64,000 bases of DNA from a virus (taxonomy: Duplodnaviria; Caudoviricetes), in the IMG/VR virus record IMGVR_UViG_3300028797_000006, positions 54,403 through 118,402 of that record; one strand, written 5' to 3'. Positions 44,315-53,338 of the stretch are shown here, in pieces; position 1 is the first letter of the stretch, and each line of letters opens with the position of its first letter. The position numbers were made by a program, and so were the translations under genes. Under the pieces are notes generated by a model. The model saw only the letters and a list, made by a program, of their open reading frames with translations. It did no database searches and was not told the DNA's origin.

Positions 44315-44388
44315 TGGAGCCGTAAGAGGGAGTCGAACCCTCGACCTTTCCTTGGCAAGGAAATGTTTTACCGCTAAACTACTACGAC
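44315..44388 (-). tRNA. tRNA-Gly(GCC)
   Basis: TTTCC-TT GCC AA-GGAAA. Confidence 0.9.
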
Positions 44389-44389
44389 A

Positions 44390-44463
44390 TGGCACGGGAG
44401 CTACGATTTGAACGCAGATACACAGTTTTGGAGACTGCAGTCCTACCGTTGGACGACACCCGC
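44390..44463 (-). tRNA. tRNA-Trp(CCA)
   Basis: GCAGT-CT CCA AA-ACTGT. Confidence 0.88.
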
Positions 44464-44706
44464 ATATGATGGAGAGTGATTATTTTCGCAGCCCTCTCTC
44501 CCAGGATTTCTTGTGTCCGTTCTGCTAGCCGAGTTTCACGGCATCTTTTATAGACATGTGGACGTCACTTGAAGGCTAAGTCTTGTAGCCCAACGGTTGC
44601 TCTCGGTAATGGCCGTTCCCTGCACCGCCGCTTTTATGCGAGGATAGCGGTACCTCTTAACTATTTTGTTTTTATGTTAAACGGGCGTCACCCCATGCAA
44701 ACTATT

Positions 44707-44792
44707 TGGTGGGTAAAGAGAGACTTGAACTCTCACGACCAACCGGTCAGCGGATTTTAAGTCCGCTTTGTCTGCCATTCCAACACTTACCC
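44707..44792 (-). tRNA. tRNA-Leu(TAA)
   Basis: GCGGA-CT TAA AA-TCCGC. Confidence 0.9.
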
Positions 44793-44805
44793 AATGAATG
44801 GTTAT

Positions 44806-44882
44806 TGGTACCCCTCGAAGGATTCGAACCTTCACTAAATAGTTTTTGAAACTACTGCCTCTGCCAGTTGGGCTAGAAGGGC
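44806..44882 (-). tRNA. tRNA-Leu(CAA), short variable arm
   Basis: GTAGT-TT CAA AA-ACTAT. Confidence 0.82.
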
Positions 44883-44885
44883 ATA

Positions 44886-44962
44886 TGGTCCGAAGCAAAG
44901 GATTTGAACCTTTGATCCCCTGATCCCAAATCAGGTGCATTACCAAGCTCTGCTAGCTCCGG
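44886..44962 (-). tRNA. tRNA-Pro(TGG)
   Basis: CCTGA-TT TGG GA-TCAGG. Confidence 0.9.
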
Positions 44963-44967
44963 ATAAT

Positions 44968-45041
44968 TGGTGGATCGAAGGGGAATCGAACCCCTAGCCC
45001 CTGAGTGCAAATCAGGAAGTTTCCCGTTAGCCTACCGACCC
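44968..45041 (-). tRNA. tRNA-Ala(TGC)
   Basis: CCTGA-TT TGC AC-TCAGG; G3:U70. Confidence 0.88.
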
Positions 45042-45044
45042 ATA

Positions 45045-45620
45045 TGCGCGGTTGTCAGTGGTTTAGAGAGGTACCGTAACCGCAAATCAACCTCTATACC
45101 TACCTTGGCTTTCTCCGCACCCTGCTACTCGCAATAGCCAACCCCGAGTTGCGGCTCAAGTTTCTGGGCTCTCCACCCCGCGGGCACTGCCAAATTCGTT
45201 CAACACTTTCATCCTGTGGTAGTTGCCACCAACGGCTTTATCGGGTGGATAGCCGCAAACCTCGCGTCGAGCATCATATTTCTATGAAGGTTATCTGCAA
45301 CGCACTACCTCGTCGTAGCCCGCTCCTAGGGTTCATCAATGCTTCCTCAGTTTCGGGTCGTTCTGTCCCACGGTGACCACATGGTCTTTATCCTTTGTTG
45401 TGGGTTTTAAGTAATACTGACTTTTGCCACTGGATGGCAGGATTGGCCTGCGTTCCGAAGTCCTAAACCTCGGGTGCTAGATCGGCACTACGTCCAGATC
45501 ATCAGTATTTTTATTTAACATCAGCAGGGCGGTAACCGACGCGCGTCCCTTTCGTTAGCCAGCTTTCATCCGATGACCTTCTAGTCGGTAATGTCTCATC
45601 GGTATCTACCCTCTAACTTT
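45045..45620 (-). ncRNA. ~575-nt GC-rich noncoding tract (one or more structured RNAs) in tRNA operon
   Basis: No credible ORF; many hairpins, e.g. ATACTGA/TCAGTAT enclosing ~100 nt. Confidence 0.55.
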
Positions 45621-45642
45621 TTGTATTGATGTTATAAACTAA

Positions 45643-45719
45643 TGGTGCCCGTTGAAAGATTTGAACTTCCAACCCTTCGCTTACAAGGCGACTGCTCTAC
45701 CGTTAAGAGCTAAACGGGC
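45643..45719 (-). tRNA. tRNA-Thr(TGT)
   Basis: TCGC-CT TGT AA-GCGA. Confidence 0.88.
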
Positions 45720-45896
45720 ATATCGGATTTTCTCTTCCCCGTCGGGCGATGCAATTATTCCGGGCGATTTGTCCTGTCAACACGCCACCGATGACAGACT
45801 CTTTTGGCGTTCTCTGGAAAGAGTAATTTCGAGGGAGATTCACCTCCACGCAGTCTTAATTTACTATTGCTAATAAACTAACATTGCGTGAGAACT

Positions 45897-45978
45897 TAGT
45901 CGAGGGAATGGGATTCGAACCCATGGTCACTGATACTGTTTTAATCCGGAAGCTGCCTTACCACTTGGCTATCCCTCG
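45897..45978 (-). ncRNA. tRNA-like RNA or pseudo-tRNA without canonical anticodon arm
   Basis: Intact acceptor, D and T arms; anticodon region unpaired; ends CTA. Confidence 0.6.
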
Positions 45979-45980
45979 AT

Positions 45981-46055
45981 TGGTTGCCGGGGTGAGAGTC
46001 GAACTCACTACCCAAAGGTTATGAGCCTCAGATGCAACCGTTACACTTCCCGGCG
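45981..46055 (-). tRNA. tRNA-fMet-like (CAT)
   Basis: CT CAT AA loop; C1:A72 mismatch. Confidence 0.8.
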
Positions 46056-46062
46056 ATATTAT

Positions 46063-46136
46063 TGGAGCCGCACAACGGATTCGAACCGATGTCATCTGCT
46101 TGGAGGGCAGAGGTATTGCCACTATACGAGTGCGAC
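46063..46136 (-). tRNA. tRNA-Gly(TCC)
   Basis: TCTGC-CC TCC AA-GCAGA. Confidence 0.88.
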
Positions 46137-46141
46137 ATAAT

Positions 46142-46216
46142 TGGCGGAGCCAGAGGGAGTCGAACCCTCACCGTCCGCGTGACAGGCGGACATCATAACC
46201 CCTAGACCATGACTCC
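46142..46216 (-). tRNA. tRNA-Asp(GTC)
   Basis: TCCGC-CT GTC AC-GCGGA. Confidence 0.9.
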
Positions 46217-46218
46217 AT

Positions 46219-46295
46219 TGGTGGGAGGCCAGGGAATTGAACCCCGAACCTTTGCCTTATCAAGACACTGCTCTAACCTATTGAGCTAGCTTCCC
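46219..46295 (-). tRNA. tRNA-Ile(GAT)
   Basis: TT GAT AA loop. Confidence 0.88.
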
Positions 46296-46299
46296 ATAT

Positions 46300-46374
46300 T
46301 GGTGACCCCGGTCGGTTACGCTCCGGCCGTGTTAGGATGAAAGCCTAATGACTTCACTAGTTGTCTACGGGGCC
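46300..46374 (-). tRNA. tRNA-Glu(TTC)
   Basis: TTAGG-CT TTC AT-CCTAA. Confidence 0.85.
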
Positions 46375-46449
46375 AATTAGTTTTCTTCTTTCTTTTTACA
46401 TATATATTATACGGTAAGCTTTTGAGTTTGTCCATATAATTTTTCTTTT

Positions 46450-46525
46450 TGGTGTGAGGTGCGGGAGTTGAACCCGCATAGCTGGTTTCACAGACCAGTG
46501 AACTAACCATTGTTCTAACCTCACC
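46450..46525 (-). tRNA. tRNA-His(GTG)
   Basis: CTGGT-CT GTG AA-ACCAG. Confidence 0.88.
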
Positions 46526-46532
46526 ATAGCAT

Positions 46533-46609
46533 TGGCGGCCCGTTAGGGATTCGAACCCCAAACCCTCTCCTTAACAGGGAGCTGCTCTGACCGTTGGAGC
46601 TACCGAGCC
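46533..46609 (-). tRNA. tRNA-Asn(GTT)
   Basis: CTCC-CT GTT AA-GGAG. Confidence 0.9.
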
Positions 46610-46611
46610 AT

Positions 46612-46696
46612 TGGTGGAGATTGATGGAGTTGCACCACCCGAAGTTTCCTAACAGTTTTACAGACTGCCCCGCTACTATCTACGGTATAAATCTCC
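46612..46696 (-). tRNA. tRNA-Tyr(GTA)
   Basis: GCAGT-CT GTA AA-ACTGT. Confidence 0.88.
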
Positions 46697-46698
46697 AA

Positions 46699-46896
46699 TT
46701 ACTTATTGCTTAGTACTTTGATATAAAGTCCGCATTGGCATTCGCCATCACCTTGTTCTCTAAACTCCTTACACATACATTTATTTTCAGGAATATGTTT
46801 TAATTTACAAGGACAATAGCCATCATTAGCTTTTAGAGCTTTTTTGACTTCATCGACAATATCCTTATCGACATTTTGTATAACTAAATACTTCAT
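46699..46896 (-). CDS. ferredoxin-thioredoxin reductase catalytic-subunit-like protein
   Basis: GYCPC..CMC..GECQCGLY. Confidence 0.75.
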   Translation of the reverse strand: MKYLVIQNVDKDIVDEVKKALKANDGYCPCKLKHIPENKCMCKEFREQGDGECQCGLYIKVLSNK

Positions 46897-46908
46897 AGTT
46901 CTCCTAAT

Positions 46909-46935
46909 AAAAAAGCAAGGGTTAGAGCCCTTGCT
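46909..46935 (-). terminator. attenuator terminator preceding tRNA operon 2
   Basis: AGCAAGGG-CTCTAA-CCCTTGCT-TTTTT; its 5' arm can pair with the leader's CCTTGTTAATTAGT. Confidence 0.8.
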
Positions 46936-46962
46936 AATTAGTTTTCAAGTGATAAATTGAGA

Positions 46963-47043
46963 CTAATTAACAAGGTTGCTTAAAGGTTCGACATCTAAGC
47001 CGTGAATGGTATTATATGCTACTGTCCACAATACTTTTGCCAT
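46963..47043 (-). CDS. leader peptide 2, MAKVLWTVAYNTIHGLDVEPLSNLVN
   Basis: AAAGGAGA RBS; codons match operon-2 anticodons; last codons and stop form the antiterminator. Confidence 0.8.
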   Translation of the reverse strand: MAKVLWTVAYNTIHGLDVEPLSNLVN

Positions 47044-47059
47044 AACCTTTTCTCCTTTG

Positions 47060-47430
47060 CGTAACGGTAGTAATCGCTTCACTACCAAGCTACCACATCC
47101 TTGCGTGGTTCCAATGACCTGCCGTTTTATAGTCCCCTCGGGTCAATCGAGATAGGGTAATTTTGCTGTGTCGTGCGTCAGGATTACTACAACCATAATC
47201 ACGGTGGCGTTCATTCATAGGGGAATGCATATAGCCACAACCATCACCCGGAAGTTTTCTATGCCTGTCTAGATTAAGAAGGTTACGCCGTCAAAACGGT
47301 TAGTGGAGCCTTCATACTTCCAACTACATTGGTATCTCGCCGCAGCATCGCGCTACTTTATCTCTGCCGATAATTTGTTAGTCGCATCAGTTTAAGCATA
47401 AGTGGTAAATCGTGGCTTGCGACCAATAAG
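47060..47430 (-). ncRNA. ~370-nt structured 5' leader upstream of leader peptide 2
   Basis: ORF-free, hairpin-rich, downstream of TTGACA-N17-TATAAT at ~47455-47483. Confidence 0.5.
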
Positions 47431-47491
47431 ATATATTATATCTTATCTATAATTATTATAGAACTTTCTTGTCCCGTTGTCAAGAGATTTT

Positions 47492-48475
47492 CTACTTTTG
47501 GTGTTTCTTTTCCCAAGCCTCTCTATATTCAGCAGGGATATGTACTTCAAGAGTCTCTCTACTGCGTTCACTTTCGTCTATATTATAAATAACTTCATCA
47601 ATAGTATAGGCAAGGAATTTCCACTCTTCAGGAGCTTCTTTGATTACATCTTGGACATCTTCATAAGTTTTGAAATAGGACATACTGCCGCAATCAAACT
47701 TTGTGCCCATCCAATCTGGTGCTTGTCTTACATATTTAATTTCATAGCGTGTATAGGAATCGTCACCATTTTCATCGTGTAAAAACCTATTTTCATATTC
47801 TTCAAGCATATGCTCTTCTTTATCGAGCAAATCAAACAAGCCTTGAATATAAAGGTTACGGTCATCCTTATCATAAACACTATCACTAATATCACTTACT
47901 TGTTCACCTGTGTGGCGGTTAGTAGTATAACCATAGTCATAGGCAACATAATTACCATATCTATTGATGCCGATCTGTCCATTATCTCCAGTAAAACCGA
48001 AGTGGTCATTTAAAGCCTCCATAGCTTCGACTGCCTTGGTAGCACTTTCATAAGTTCTATCATAGCGTTCAGAGAACTCTTCTTCTGTTTCATTCTCTCT
48101 GCGGTTGACATAATCCATATAGTCATCAACATCACTATAATCGTCGTAAAAGTCTCTCCAGTCTTCAACTTCTACTCTTTCCATAATCTCGACAAAACGC
48201 CCATATGCGGCGATTTCCGCGAGTGGTAAAAAGTCACAGCATTCTAAATATGTTTTAATTTCAAGTTGATTTTGTCTGTATCCACCAATTCCCATTGCGA
48301 CTTTAACAATACAAGGGAAAGGAATACGCAAACCAAGTTTATATTCTAATTCAGTAGAAAATGGAAAGACCATGCGGGCGCAACCTGCATCCTCAGTATT
48401 TAATCCCATAACATAATCTAAGATTATTTTCTCTTGTTCGTGTGTTAGAACTATAATGTTTTCAGTTAATACCAT
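47492..48475 (-). CDS. acidic protein, possibly protein-kinase-like fold
   Basis: GCARMVF..VKVA..NQLE..IMERV..DNGQIG..VAYDYG resemble kinase subdomains. Confidence 0.5.
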   Translation of the reverse strand: MVLTENIIVLTHEQEKIILDYVMGLNTEDAGCARMVFPFSTELEYKLGLRIPFPCIVKVAMGIGGYRQNQLEIKTYLECCDFLPLAEIAAYGRFVEIMERVEVEDWRDFYDDYSDVDDYMDYVNRRENETEEEFSERYDRTYESATKAVEAMEALNDHFGFTGDNGQIGINRYGNYVAYDYGYTTNRHTGEQVSDISDSVYDKDDRNLYIQGLFDLLDKEEHMLEEYENRFLHDENGDDSYTRYEIKYVRQAPDWMGTKFDCGSMSYFKTYEDVQDVIKEAPEEWKFLAYTIDEVIYNIDESERSRETLEVHIPAEYREAWEKKHQK

Positions 48476-48589
48476 AGCCTTTCTACCTTCTTTCTTATAT
48501 AATTATTATACTATATAAAAAAGGCTTGTTCAAGATATTTTCCGCTCAAGCCCAAATATTTTCGCAATTCCGTCTGCCTTCCAAAATAA

Positions 48590-49925
48590 AAGGACTAGTA
48601 AGTAATTACTAGTCCAAAAGAAGGAGGAAAATGAAGAGTAAGAATTACCCTTCAAGCAGGACATTAGGTTAGGAAGGAGGTGATAAATGAAACACCTAAT
48701 GTACTGCTTGAAGGGTAGTAGGACACTTTACGACTCGAATAAGTGAGCCCACCTACTACTCTATTGTACCCATAGTCGCGCAACTATGGTCATTACTTTT
48801 TATGGAAGTGAATTATAAACTTCCATGTATTGTAATCGGGTGGCCGTTGAAGTAATGAGAACCCGCATTAGTCTATTATCCGTTTTTCGAGTGTCGTCCG
48901 TTCCTAATGAAAACCTGTCTCTGTTAGCAGTCCCTGTGCTAACACATGGTCAATAGAACTTACTCAGTCGCCACTGACTTCGACTGGGTGTACCCTGCTA
49001 GACACCATAGCTGTCGTGCTGTTCTTCCCGACATGTCAAGTAGATCGGTTCGGCTACTGCGACTTCTCTTACGGTGGAGAGTACCGGTCAATTGCGTCCC
49101 AACTAACAAGAACGATTAGGTCGTAAACCCAGTATATAAGGCCCTGCGGCTTCATACATTTACGCTACCAGCATGGTTACGAGTGAATAACGGCTCCACT
49201 AGGCGGTCGGGGTTTAATTCATAGCAGGAAGCATCCGACTTGGCTCCTGTCCTACCATCGCAAGCACGATAGGCGGTGTCTCTTTTGAACTTGCGAAGAG
49301 ATTAAGCAGGAGAGTTTTATACAGATACATACCTCTCTAACTTCTGCCTTTTACGATTAGCATCTCACGCCGTTTACGCAGTAAACGGAAACTGGATAAG
49401 ACATCATTTCTTTGGAGCTTGTCTTTTCATTTCACACCAGTAGGGGCCGGTTATTAAGTTCATTTTCTACCCTACATCTTCGCTACACCTTATCTAAATG
49501 GAGGTGCCAACCGTACTGAACATTTTACTTCGCCAGTCAGAAGGTTCGTTCTACTTACGAAGAGAGACTGTGGTCTGCTACTTCGTCATACTCCGGAAAG
49601 ACACATCGGTCGGAATGGACTTACGGGCTGTAAGGTCGCCGTGCCCTGTTCATTCAGTGGGCTCACCGAGCTCATTGTCACCAGATTGCTCACTAGGCTG
49701 GTCTAGTTAGCCATTTAGTCTATTGCTAACTTGTGTACCCATACGTTGAGGTTTCCATGGTCTACGGGTTTAACGCCGTGCCGCCGAACGTCTTACACAG
49801 GCACAACTGTGCTGCGCGGACAACAAGTTGTCCTGATGCTTTACGGACTTACTGCACATCCCAGCGGGGAGTTTGAGTTTAACGACTTCGGGGTCCAACC
49901 GTTCTGGTCAAGAGAAGACAAGAAT
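48590..49925 (-). ncRNA. giant (~1.3 kb) noncoding transcript candidate
   Basis: TTGCTA-N17-TATAAT promoter upstream; no credible ORF; 3' hairpin displaying ATCACCTCCTT; terminator GGACTAGTAA/TTACTAGTCC-TTTT. Confidence 0.6.
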
Positions 49926-50041
49926 TATCTTTCTTCTCTATATATAATTATACGATATATTGTTAAACTTAGCAAGAAATTTTTACAATATAAAGGGGAG
50001 TTTTTAGGAACTCCCCAACCTGATTTATTACTGTCTAATGA

Positions 50042-50527
50042 CTATTCAATGTCACGGACAAATCCGTAGACACCGACTTCTGACTTAGAAACAGATGGGA
50101 CTTCAACCATATCTCCTTTTGAGAGATTGCCTTTCTTAACAAGACCATTGATTGAACCTGAACTCATTTTGTCTCTGCCCATAGCTTTTGCTAAATCAGC
50201 AAGAGTGAATGGTGATTCGATTGAGCTGACTACTTCAAGGATAGCCTTTTCGCCATCAGTGTAGTTGAATGGTTTTCCTTCTGCATTTGAGAGGGCTTCT
50301 GCTGTAACGAAGTTATAGCTGGAAACTTCTCTTGTTGATGGTCTTTCGATTTCTCTTGTACCAATCTTTGCGATTAAACCTTTCTTGATAGCGGAAGTAA
50401 GGTGACCTGGTTTGAATTCTCCGCCGTTAGCGTTTAATTCAGCAAGAGTTAAACCTTCTGTTCCTTTGAGTGCTGCTACGAGAGCACGGTCGTTGTCTGT
50501 ATAGACGATTTCTTTTGCTTTAGACAT
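50042..50527 (-). CDS. tandem winged-HTH protein (phage paralogue family)
   Basis: Two repeats YTD..AL..TLAEL..G..T.LxKKG. Confidence 0.7.
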   Translation of the reverse strand: MSKAKEIVYTDNDRALVAALKGTEGLTLAELNANGGEFKPGHLTSAIKKGLIAKIGTREIERPSTREVSSYNFVTAEALSNAEGKPFNYTDGEKAILEVVSSIESPFTLADLAKAMGRDKMSSGSINGLVKKGNLSKGDMVEVPSVSKSEVGVYGFVRDIE

Positions 50528-50616
50528 CTCGAATGTCTCCTTTCTTATCTTATATATAATTATAGTCTTTGATGGCGACTATGACCAGAGTTTTTTTCAT
50601 ATTAAGTGAAGAACTT

Positions 50617-50835
50617 TTAGATTAGTGCGGTATTTCTTTCAGTAGCGACTAATTCAGCCTCTTCAAGTAAATGCTCTTTAATGTATGATTTTGCCTCACG
50701 CATTTTAACTTCTTTCGGCATAACCATTGAGATGCGGTATCCGTCTTTTAAGGTGAGAGAACCTTCCCAACCACCTTGTGTGGCGTGACCCCACTCAATA
50801 TTTTTAACTAATTTATCTGTGAGTTTCTTGTCCAT
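50617..50835 (-). CDS. hypothetical protein
   Basis: ORF with promoter and RBS. Confidence 0.65.
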   Translation of the reverse strand: MDKKLTDKLVKNIEWGHATQGGWEGSLTLKDGYRISMVMPKEVKMREAKSYIKEHLLEEAELVATERNTALI

Positions 50836-50911
50836 ATTTTAATTTTTTCCTTCTCTTATTATCTATATAAGTATAGCTCATAAGGTTCACTTAATCCAGT
50901 AAAACTTTTAG

Positions 50912-51757
50912 TTAGTTGAACATATTTTCGTAGATTCCGTCTGAGTTCGCAAAATACTTGATTGGCTCTTCGTCACTCTCATAAACAAAGGCATTAACTT
51001 TTCCGCCATAAGGATAATTTGAGCAACCATCAATAGCGATTAACTTTCCATTTTTATGAGTGTATGTTGAACAATCAATATCTGTCCCCCAAACAGCTCT
51101 CATACTTGGGTCGGCAACTCTTGGATATCCGTGTTCTTGTGCAAGTCTCCAAGCGTGCCAGTGTCCGATTAAGAGTGGTTTTTCTGGATAACAAGCAGGT
51201 CTCTTTGATAAGTTTTGAGAGTGAGCCCAAGATGACTCATACCATTTATTCCAGCTGGTTTTTCTCCAATCAGCCTTTAACTTCAATTGATGAGTTTTTG
51301 TATCTTCATTGATAGGAAGCCAAGCGTGAACTGCGATCAAATCTTTGAACTCTATAGCCCAGCAACATTCGTGAAAATATTGAAACAATGATTTCTTTAC
51401 TTCTTCATTTTGTGGAAAACCAAGAGCATAAATCATTGTGTCTAAGCCAACTGTTTTCTTACTCATATGTGTAAAAGACTCCAAAGTCTCTGGAACGCCA
51501 TTTTGAATATCAGCTCCTGATATGTAATCTAAACCGAAAACTAATTGTCTTAATCTCGCGTCGTGGTTTCCCCAGATGAGTATTCTGTTAGGGCAACTTA
51601 AAAGATAATCCAAGACTTCTTTGCTTGCCGGACCTCTGTCGAAAGGATCGCCCACACTGACGAGTGTATCTTTTTCCTTATCAAAATCAACACCATTAAG
51701 TGCTTCAATTAACAAATCAAACTTTCCGTGAATATCGGACACAAATACATATTTCAT
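50912..51757 (-). CDS. metallophosphoesterase (Ser/Thr phosphatase-like)
   Basis: SDIHG, GDPFDRG, GNHD, VHA, GHWH, IDG. Confidence 0.88.
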   Translation of the reverse strand: MKYVFVSDIHGKFDLLIEALNGVDFDKEKDTLVSVGDPFDRGPASKEVLDYLLSCPNRILIWGNHDARLRQLVFGLDYISGADIQNGVPETLESFTHMSKKTVGLDTMIYALGFPQNEEVKKSLFQYFHECCWAIEFKDLIAVHAWLPINEDTKTHQLKLKADWRKTSWNKWYESSWAHSQNLSKRPACYPEKPLLIGHWHAWRLAQEHGYPRVADPSMRAVWGTDIDCSTYTHKNGKLIAIDGCSNYPYGGKVNAFVYESDEEPIKYFANSDGIYENMFN

Positions 51758-51966
51758 TTGAATGCTCTCCTTTCTGCTTTGCCGTCTTTCCAATAGAGGT
51801 ATCCCCAAATATCTATCTTGCGGTCAATCACGTGGTTAGTATAATCTTTCAACTTACCACCAACTAATCGGCAATAGATACCAAGTTTATCAGTTTCACG
51901 AAGGACTAAATCAATTTGCTCGATTTTCTTTTCCTTCATCAACTTTTCTAAATCTGCTCGTTTCAT
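51754..51966 (-). CDS. hypothetical protein
   Basis: ORF with promoter. Confidence 0.6.
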   Translation of the reverse strand: MKRADLEKLMKEKKIEQIDLVLRETDKLGIYCRLVGGKLKDYTNHVIDRKIDIWGYLYWKDGKAERRAFK

Positions 51967-52031
51967 ACCTCTACCTTTCTATATAATAATTATAGCATAA
52001 GAAAAAGGCTTATGCAAGCCTTTTTTACATA

Positions 52032-52757
52032 TTATTTACTTACCTTATTGTGTTCGGCAATATATTCATCTAATTCTTTTGGACAATATCGTGAGATGTA
52101 GGCGGTCAATTTTTTGAAGTTTTCGAGGTCATTTTTTATTTCATCTCTTTTCTTATGAATAATGTAATTTTCCCATACCTCAACGAGCATTTTCTTAAAC
52201 TCGCGCTCGCCTTTTTCTTTATCGTTCAAAATCGCTTTTGCGTCGCCAACACTTTCGGTTACCAAATCATCTATGCTATATGTATCTCCCAATAATACAT
52301 CAATAAAGTTTCTCATACCCCATTTCTGTATTGCTTCATAGTTCGCGGAGTTGTTTTTTAAGCGAAAAGTTTTGCTTTTTGTCTGTGTTAAACTTGATGA
52401 TTGAAATGTATAAGCGATGCGCGCTTTCTTTTTCTTCCAATTCACATAACATCTAACCATATGATTTTTATAAATCAAGGTAATGATATGGCTATCCCAA
52501 TCCGAAGCTTGAACCCCAATATGTAGTTCTTCTTCTTTACAATACCAAACAACACCGAAAGCCGTAATTAAATGCTTTACGAATACATCTCTAAACTTAC
52601 CTATTTGTTCAAGGTAAGGGTTTGTTTCTCCGCTTTCAACGGTGAACTCGCCTGTATCCCATGGTGTCTTGAAGAATATATAGTATATTAACAAACAAAT
52701 TGCTAAGACCAGTAACCCCGCTAATATAATTAGCGTCCAGCTATCAGCCTTACTCAT
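52032..52757 (-). CDS. membrane-anchored hypothetical protein
   Basis: N-terminal transmembrane helix. Confidence 0.7.
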   Translation of the reverse strand: MSKADSWTLIILAGLLVLAICLLIYYIFFKTPWDTGEFTVESGETNPYLEQIGKFRDVFVKHLITAFGVVWYCKEEELHIGVQASDWDSHIITLIYKNHMVRCYVNWKKKKARIAYTFQSSSLTQTKSKTFRLKNNSANYEAIQKWGMRNFIDVLLGDTYSIDDLVTESVGDAKAILNDKEKGEREFKKMLVEVWENYIIHKKRDEIKNDLENFKKLTAYISRYCPKELDEYIAEHNKVSK

Positions 52758-52759
52758 AA

Positions 52760-53200
52760 TTAGTCCTCAAGGAATTCGACATCCTCATTGTAGTCGTCAG
52801 CATAATCATAGCCTTCGACGTCCGCATTATAGTTGTCTTCTTGTATCATTTCGTGGATGAAGTCGCCAAGATATTGTTTATAAGGTTTATCTTCTTCTGG
52901 CTTTCTAATCCAACTATCGTGAGTTTCATTCCAGCCATAACCTTCGCTAATGAGTTCATAGCTAATGGTTTCATCATCGCCTCTATCCCATTTCTTATAG
53001 TCTTCATAAACTTGTTCCCAAGTTAAATCTTTAACTGCGTTATAAATTGCGATGTGGTCTCTTGCCCAACTTGTAGTGGCTTCTTTCTCTGTGAAAGATT
53101 TTAACCATTCAACTGTTTTCTTCCAGTCTTCCTCACCGAATTCATTTACTCTTGTTTCCCACACTAATTCACTGCGGGTCATTCTAATTGCTTTGGACAT
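52760..53200 (-). CDS. hypothetical acidic protein
   Basis: ORF with RBS. Confidence 0.7.
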   Translation of the reverse strand: MSKAIRMTRSELVWETRVNEFGEEDWKKTVEWLKSFTEKEATTSWARDHIAIYNAVKDLTWEQVYEDYKKWDRGDDETISYELISEGYGWNETHDSWIRKPEEDKPYKQYLGDFIHEMIQEDNYNADVEGYDYADDYNEDVEFLED

Positions 53201-53338
53201 ATTGTAAGTCCTCCTTATTATGTTATTTAATTATAGTATATCTTTTTAGCTTAAGCAAACTTTTTTGATTGAAAACCCGCAACTTCTCTTTAGCACTCCT
53301 GTTGCTCATTCCAAATAAAAAGGACTATGTAAGTCCTT

